A stretch of DNA of 63,452 nucleotides, filler included, from Craspedostauros australis (lineage: Eukaryota), in the NCBI GenBank assembly GCA_030167865.1. It is 13 parts of 13 records of this genome, joined end to end, with 100 filler letters (N's around TTAATTAATTAA, not from the genome) between each part and the next. Parts side by side here need not be neighbours in the genome. Positions count along the whole stretch, not along the records: positions 54,427 to 60,617 come from JALAGF010001721.1; positions 60,718 to 61,989 come from JALAGF010001722.1; positions 62,090 to 63,452 come from JALAGF010001724.1; 10 more parts are not named here. One strand, written 5' to 3'. Positions within the stretch are counted from its first letter, which is position 1. Each line of letters starts with the position of its first letter. Positions 58,201 to 63,452 of this stretch are shown here, piece by piece. Position numbers and translations under genes: made by a program. The notes beneath the pieces were generated by a model. It did not search any database, had not been told where the DNA came from, and worked only from the letters and a program-made list of their open reading frames with translations.

Positions 58201-60718
58201 CAATAACCCCAACACCCCCCAGACAGATCGCGCTTCTTCGGTTGTTTGGTGGCTGGGAGCTCCTGATTCGCAACAGGCAACGTTCTCCATCTTGGGTGGT
58301 CACTAATTGTGTCTACTCGACCGCGCGACGAGTACCGATGCGAATTTCCTGTTCCCGCACCAGCCCCCTCTTCTGATTGAGGGCACAGGAGAGTAGGTAT
58401 GACAAGCAATGGAGCAGCTCAATGTGCACGATGCAACAGTATCGCACAGCGTTTGCCTGTGTCGCCCATTGTGGTCTCGCCACAAACACATTGCAGCCAC
58501 GATCTCCTCCTCCTCCTCCTCCTCCACCACCATCACAGCGGTCAGCGGCTGACAAAGGCGCAAGGACGAGGAATGCACCACTCCACCGTCACTGCTTCCT
58601 GCATCCTACACGCATGGATACATTCGTGCTCTCCTCCAACTCACTTTGCGATGAGGCAGCTCGCGATAGGATTAGGAGATTGGCCATCCCATTCGAGTAT
58701 ACGTACTTTCATAGTAGCCCACGTACAGTCAATGCAAGGATGATGCCAACTTGACAGGTAGGGCGAAGTGGAATCGATACTCCTTGGAAGTGCGTCCCGT
58801 AAGACGGGGCTGTGATCGCCGTGGGTTGCATTGCACTTTCGATTAGCTCGTCATCACAAAGCGTTTTTTCGATTCCACTCGGGAGATGGCGGCGTCTGAC
58901 AACTTGCCAACCATTTTGAATCCTTTGCATAGTACTATGTATGTGGGCTGTTGACGTTCTCTGGTGTGTCTCTTTGGAGGACATGCGTCATGGTGTCGCT
59001 CGGAGATCGTGGGTCGAAACAACAGCACTAGAACTGCCTTGTGGGGCATGGATGGATGTCGTATCGTTCATTCGTTTGCACACAAGACTTTGTTGGAACT
59101 TGTATGAACTGACTACCATACTTTAAGTGCTGTTGGTGCAATCATTGAATCTCCGAAGCAGCGGGCTTCTGTACCGGACGGGTGGTTGAGCCACCAACAA
59201 AGAACTTCCGGTGCTACAAATATATTTCTAACCGTTGGTGACGATGCATGCGCACACGATTCGGCTGGACTGTTCGCCACAGCAACCATGAATCTGTGCG
59301 GGTGCTCCCTTGTCTTTTGGGGAGGCACATCACAAAGTCCGGAACAAAATAGGGAACAAGCAAGCGACACTGCGAGTGCGAGCCACTGGTGCTATCAACT
59401 CGCACCACACCACCTCCCCAACCTGATGCGTTTGTCGGCATGCTTTCCATCACTGAGGGGATGACGACTGATTTTCGGCCGCGCGAAGATGCCGATGTTG
59501 AATGTGCACGAAAACATACTGGTGAGGAGAGTCGTATGCTTCCCACACTCGTACGTTAACGTGAGAGTGCTCTACTCTCGACACATACGCAACGATACTT
59601 CAATGACGTAGCCGTCCAATTCAAAGATCTCCCCCCAGAAAGACGACGAACTCATGATGTGATTCCAGGAGAGGATGGAACACTCATTGGTATTGCTGGA
59701 CATATCATTCGTTGCTTCAATGTTGATTTCAAATCCTTTGTCATCAGCTTGGACGAGTGAAGGTCGCCTTCCTTCTTGTAGTTGCCGAAGAAGGAAAGTC
59801 CTCTATTGAATGTTCTTCTCCCCAGTCGCCACTGCCCTTCCCATTGGAAAGTGGGCAGCTCCGCCACGTAACAAAGAGGAGTGCAAGGTTGTGAGAGCGT
59901 CATGGTGCGCTTTACTCCACTCTGTTGTGCTATTGTGGAAGCACTGATACTGCCTGAGATGCTGTTAGAGAGAGAGCATCATGTGGTTGCTGCCTGTCCG
60001 AGCTACTTTACTTGTCACGATTCGAAGATGGATCATGTCATGCCGATTTGACACTTTGCCGTTCACAATCCAAATCTTGGCGCCGCTTGATCTCACACAA
60101 ACATCAACTGGTGGCGGAAAACGATGCTCTCGGCAGAGGAGAAGCCATTGGAGCAGTTCGAGTGGACCCTTTCCAAACAAGAGGTTGCCCTTGCTCAGTG
60201 GCAGACAGGATATTGTACAAGCCAGTCAAGATGATCACGTCAGGCCAGGAGGAGGCTCGCACTCTGCTCGCATCAGTGCCAACGGTATGCAGCGAAAGGG
60301 CGAAAATAAAATGGGCCGTACTCCGCCACATCGCAGGAGAGCTTTGCGACCAAGGGAGACAAACAATCTCTTCATCAAAATATCAACGGAACGATTGAAG
60401 GTAGAAGTCAGCAAAAGGGAAGGAAGAAAGCAGCGAACGTGGAAACATTTAGAACCTCATGGCCACCGACCCCGCCTGCCGCCAGATCGCGCGGCAGATG
60501 CGCAAGGGCGAGACAACCTCGCATGTCAGAGCAAGGGGGGGGGAAAGACGGTAATTTTGCATTTCCCATGATAAGGCAACAACAGTTTCTTCCATAATCA
60601 GCAGTTCAAAAGTCAAANNNNNNNNNNNNNNNNNNNNNNNNNNNNNNNNNNNNNNNNNNNNTTAATTAATTAANNNNNNNNNNNNNNNNNNNNNNNNNNN
60701 NNNNNNNNNNNNNNNNNA

Positions 60719-61988
60719 CGTCCCCTTTATGTGATGAAGGATGATCTTGAGACAATCCTCAAGCGTCTCCCCATATTCACGTACCAAGAAGCTCTTCCAA
60801 AACTCGCAGCCAAGGACCTCACCTGGATGGCAATCTGCAACAAAGCGCAGGCTTCGTACGACAACGAAGTACGAGGAGATCGTTGGCACGCCATTCGACG
60901 CGTCAAGGACCGAAACGTCCCCAGGCAATCGTACTTCAACAACGTAGCCAAGCATCCAAAGGCCAACATCCTTGAGCAACACAAGGGTTTCGGAAGGAAC
61001 AACGCTAAGAAGAAGAATCAACCAAAGAAGCCCAACAACAACAACGGAAATCGAAAACCGAACCAAAGTTGGGCATCCACGCCACCCAAAGCGGGTGAAC
61101 CACAGCGCAAGCTTGTCTACGACAAGACGTTCATGTGGTGCGCCAAGTGTCGTCGTTGGCGTCTTTCGCATAACACCGAAAGCCATCAAGACAACTTCAA
61201 GCCGAAAGGTAAAGGCAACAAAAACGCCAAGCCTGACCATCTCGTCGTCGACATGGCTGCTTGGACCTGCTTAACAGCTACCACCAGTCAAGACGAGAAG
61301 GAGTGGTGGTTGTTTGTGTGGAACCTCTTCACCTCCTTCAACTACCTCAGCTGTGTGATCGGATCAATCCTTTCTTTCGTGAGCCTCCAAGTCTACACTC
61401 TTGGAGTCGAGCACGGGTGGTACGTCACGGCTACTAACGCCTGGATGATAACCGCCATCACGCTGCTCCTCCTTCACACAAATGTGCCACGAAGATACAG
61501 CCCCAACAGAGCTGTTAACACCACTCAAACAATGACTCGAACCAAGTCCAAGAGCAACATCCGCCATCCTATCCACTTCAATGAACCTGTGAAGCGCACT
61601 CTCTACGACGTGATGACAGAGAACAGTAAGACAACTGATCCTGTGCCAATGCGAGCTCTCAATACTAGTCCGCCACGGAACGCGCAATCAGAACATCGCC
61701 CTGCTCGGACCAAAACTCGCAAGCGCAACCAAAAACGTCACCATTGGAATAAGCCCAAAACACCGTTGGAGTACCCCAAATATGGCGCGAAACAAAACAA
61801 TTCGCAAAATCCAATCACACGTACACGAAGTCGCACATCAACCCTCTCACGAAATCTCTGGAACATTTACCCCAAGCTCGGCATTGACTTGGCTTGCGGC
61901 AAAAGTCAGACTCAACCCAGTGATACTGACGCTCCTGCACTTCTTTCTCTGCAAGGCCTCGCCTCCTTCTTTACTAATCGTCACGCTT
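60719..61988 (+). mobile_element. LTR-retrotransposon Gag C-terminal fragment (Copia-type), open across the whole contig
   Basis: K/N-rich nucleocapsid-like region, W..TPPKAGEP, WCAKCRRWRLSHNTESH zinc knuckle. Confidence 0.65.
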
Positions 61989-62089
61989 TNNNNNNNNNNN
62001 NNNNNNNNNNNNNNNNNNNNNNNNNNNNNNNNNTTAATTAATTAANNNNNNNNNNNNNNNNNNNNNNNNNNNNNNNNNNNNNNNNNNNN

Positions 62090-63452
62090 CCGTTACGACA
62101 TCGACGAGTGCGCAGTCCATCTTCTTGATCAGCATGATCACCATCATGACCCGATAGGTCACGTCATGGATGATGGGTGAGTAGTGCTCTTGGAAGTCCA
62201 CTCCTGCGACTTGTGAATAGCCACATGCAACGAGCCGCGCTCGATGTGTGCCGTTACGCTTCAGCTTGAAGACCCATTTGCATTTGCAGCATCTGCGGCC
62301 GCGTGGGATGGCGTCTCGTTTGATCTTGCTGTACACTTTGCGTGTNNNNNNNNNNNNNNNNNNNNNNNNNNNNNNNNNNNNNNNNNNNNNNNNNNNNNNN
62401 NNNNNNNNNNNNNNNNNNNNNNNNNNNNNNNNNNNNNNNNNNNNNNNNNNNNNNNNNNNNNNNTTCTCGTCCTGCATCGACAATCCGATGTCGATCGCTG
62501 GTGATTCGGTAATGATTGCATTCATTCCGTACAGTCCTGTTGTGCTATGGTGAGTGATCTCGATCTCTCCTTCATCTGCAATTTCTTCGTCATCTGTAGT
62601 TTCGTTGTTGGAGTCGTCGATCATCTCGTCGCTGAGTTCGTCACTCGCGTCATCGGATGATGGATCGCTTTCATATCCTTCTTCCTTTCAACCTCGTTCG
62701 TTGAAGTCTGCGAGCTCACGCAGAGCTCTAGGAATACTCTTTCCTGTAGTTGGCTTGGGATCAGTTTCTCCCTTCCTGCCTCGTGCTTCGTGACGTCGGA
62801 TCCTCTCCTTTCTAGCTATATCACGCTTGTTTGGCTTGCTCGGTGGAGATCTGGATGGTGTACCATGTGTAGACCTCGCTGGTGTGTTTGGAGGAGTAAC
62901 GTCTGTGTCATCGTCGGCTTCGTCGCTGGATGGTGTGATCTCGTCATCCTCATGATTGGATTCGCTCCGATCTTCCTCGTCGTTATGGACCAATTGAGTT
63001 ACTACTCCGTCGTCCTCATTATCCTCGTCGTCGCTGTCTGATAGGATATAGTACATGTTGCTGTCAGCAAAAGATACTCTCTTTGCTTCCGATGCTTGAC
63101 GCGTTGCCGTCCTTGGCATCGCTCCCTTCCGTCCAATGATTGTTAAGCCATCTGCGTCCGTTGTTCCTACTTCGTTGGATATGTTTGGTGCTGGTGTCCA
63201 GCCACGGAACTGTCCGTATGATTGGTTGAGCCATTTGATGTCGCGAGAGCAGATGAGTGACTTGGTTGATGGTCTGTACATGTTGTAGACCCCTGATGCG
63301 TGTTGGTGTGCATATCTGATGAACACCATCTCTTCTCCTCTATTCTTGAGTTTGGCGGTGATCCCGCTGTAGGTAGTCTTCACAACACCCACCTCTCCAA
63401 ATGTACGGAGTGCATCCGCATATGGTGGATCGTTGCCGAAGAATTGTCGATG
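62090..63452 (-). mobile_element. Ty1/Copia pol fragment: integrase C-terminal SH3 region, acidic linker, start of RT; one in-frame TGA
   Basis: LRTFGEVGVV, KLKNRG..MVFIRYA, KCKWVFKLKRNG..RARLVACGYSQVAGVDF.EHYSP; TGA at 62690-62688 between two in-frame ORFs. Confidence 0.92.

Noticed and set aside
55300..60617. Many short ORFs in the long gene-poor contig
   Set aside because: No coding-like bias or recognisable domains; interspersed with microsatellites.
23716..62045. Recurrent TTAATTAATTAA as a biological repeat
   Set aside because: Always centred in equal N-runs; a standard contig-joining linker.
39299..62464. Internal N blocks within Copia RT/RNase H as deletions
   Set aside because: They coincide with conserved multicopy motifs and keep the reading frame; unresolved or masked sequence.

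Overview
This is eukaryotic nuclear DNA, most likely from a diatom (inferred from the gene families and transposon types). It is not one locus: 13 separate contigs are joined by 12 artificial N-TTAATTAATTAA-N linkers, so adjacency across linkers has no biological meaning. Host genes include a low-complexity nuclear-type protein, an enoyl-CoA hydratase, two paralogous TPR-like proteins, a DUF711 protein, a DUF616-like glycosyltransferase, two pieces of a STAND/AAA-type ATPase, two halves of NADPH oxidase/ferric reductase genes around a PPR-like gene, and a 5' fragment of an unknown gene. Roughly half the window is transposon-derived: a near full-length two-ORF non-LTR retrotransposon (APE-RT-RNase H-Zn finger), five Ty1/Copia fragments and several LTRs, a mariner-type transposase with an internal stop, a possible second DNA-transposase fragment, a 1-kb element with terminal inverted repeats and a 1-kb minisatellite. 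The most unusual observations are (i) a Copia pol whose RNase H continues in frame for about 870 more residues including a KOW/SH3-like module, (ii) a Copia Gag with a CCHH knuckle followed by predicted membrane helices, (iii) a tRNA-lookalike with intact A/B boxes but a broken acceptor stem and anticodon loop, (iv) CpG-deamination-type lesions at conserved or catalytic codons of several transposons, and (v) an interstitial TTAGGG tract. All family assignments come from motif recognition by eye; no searches were run.
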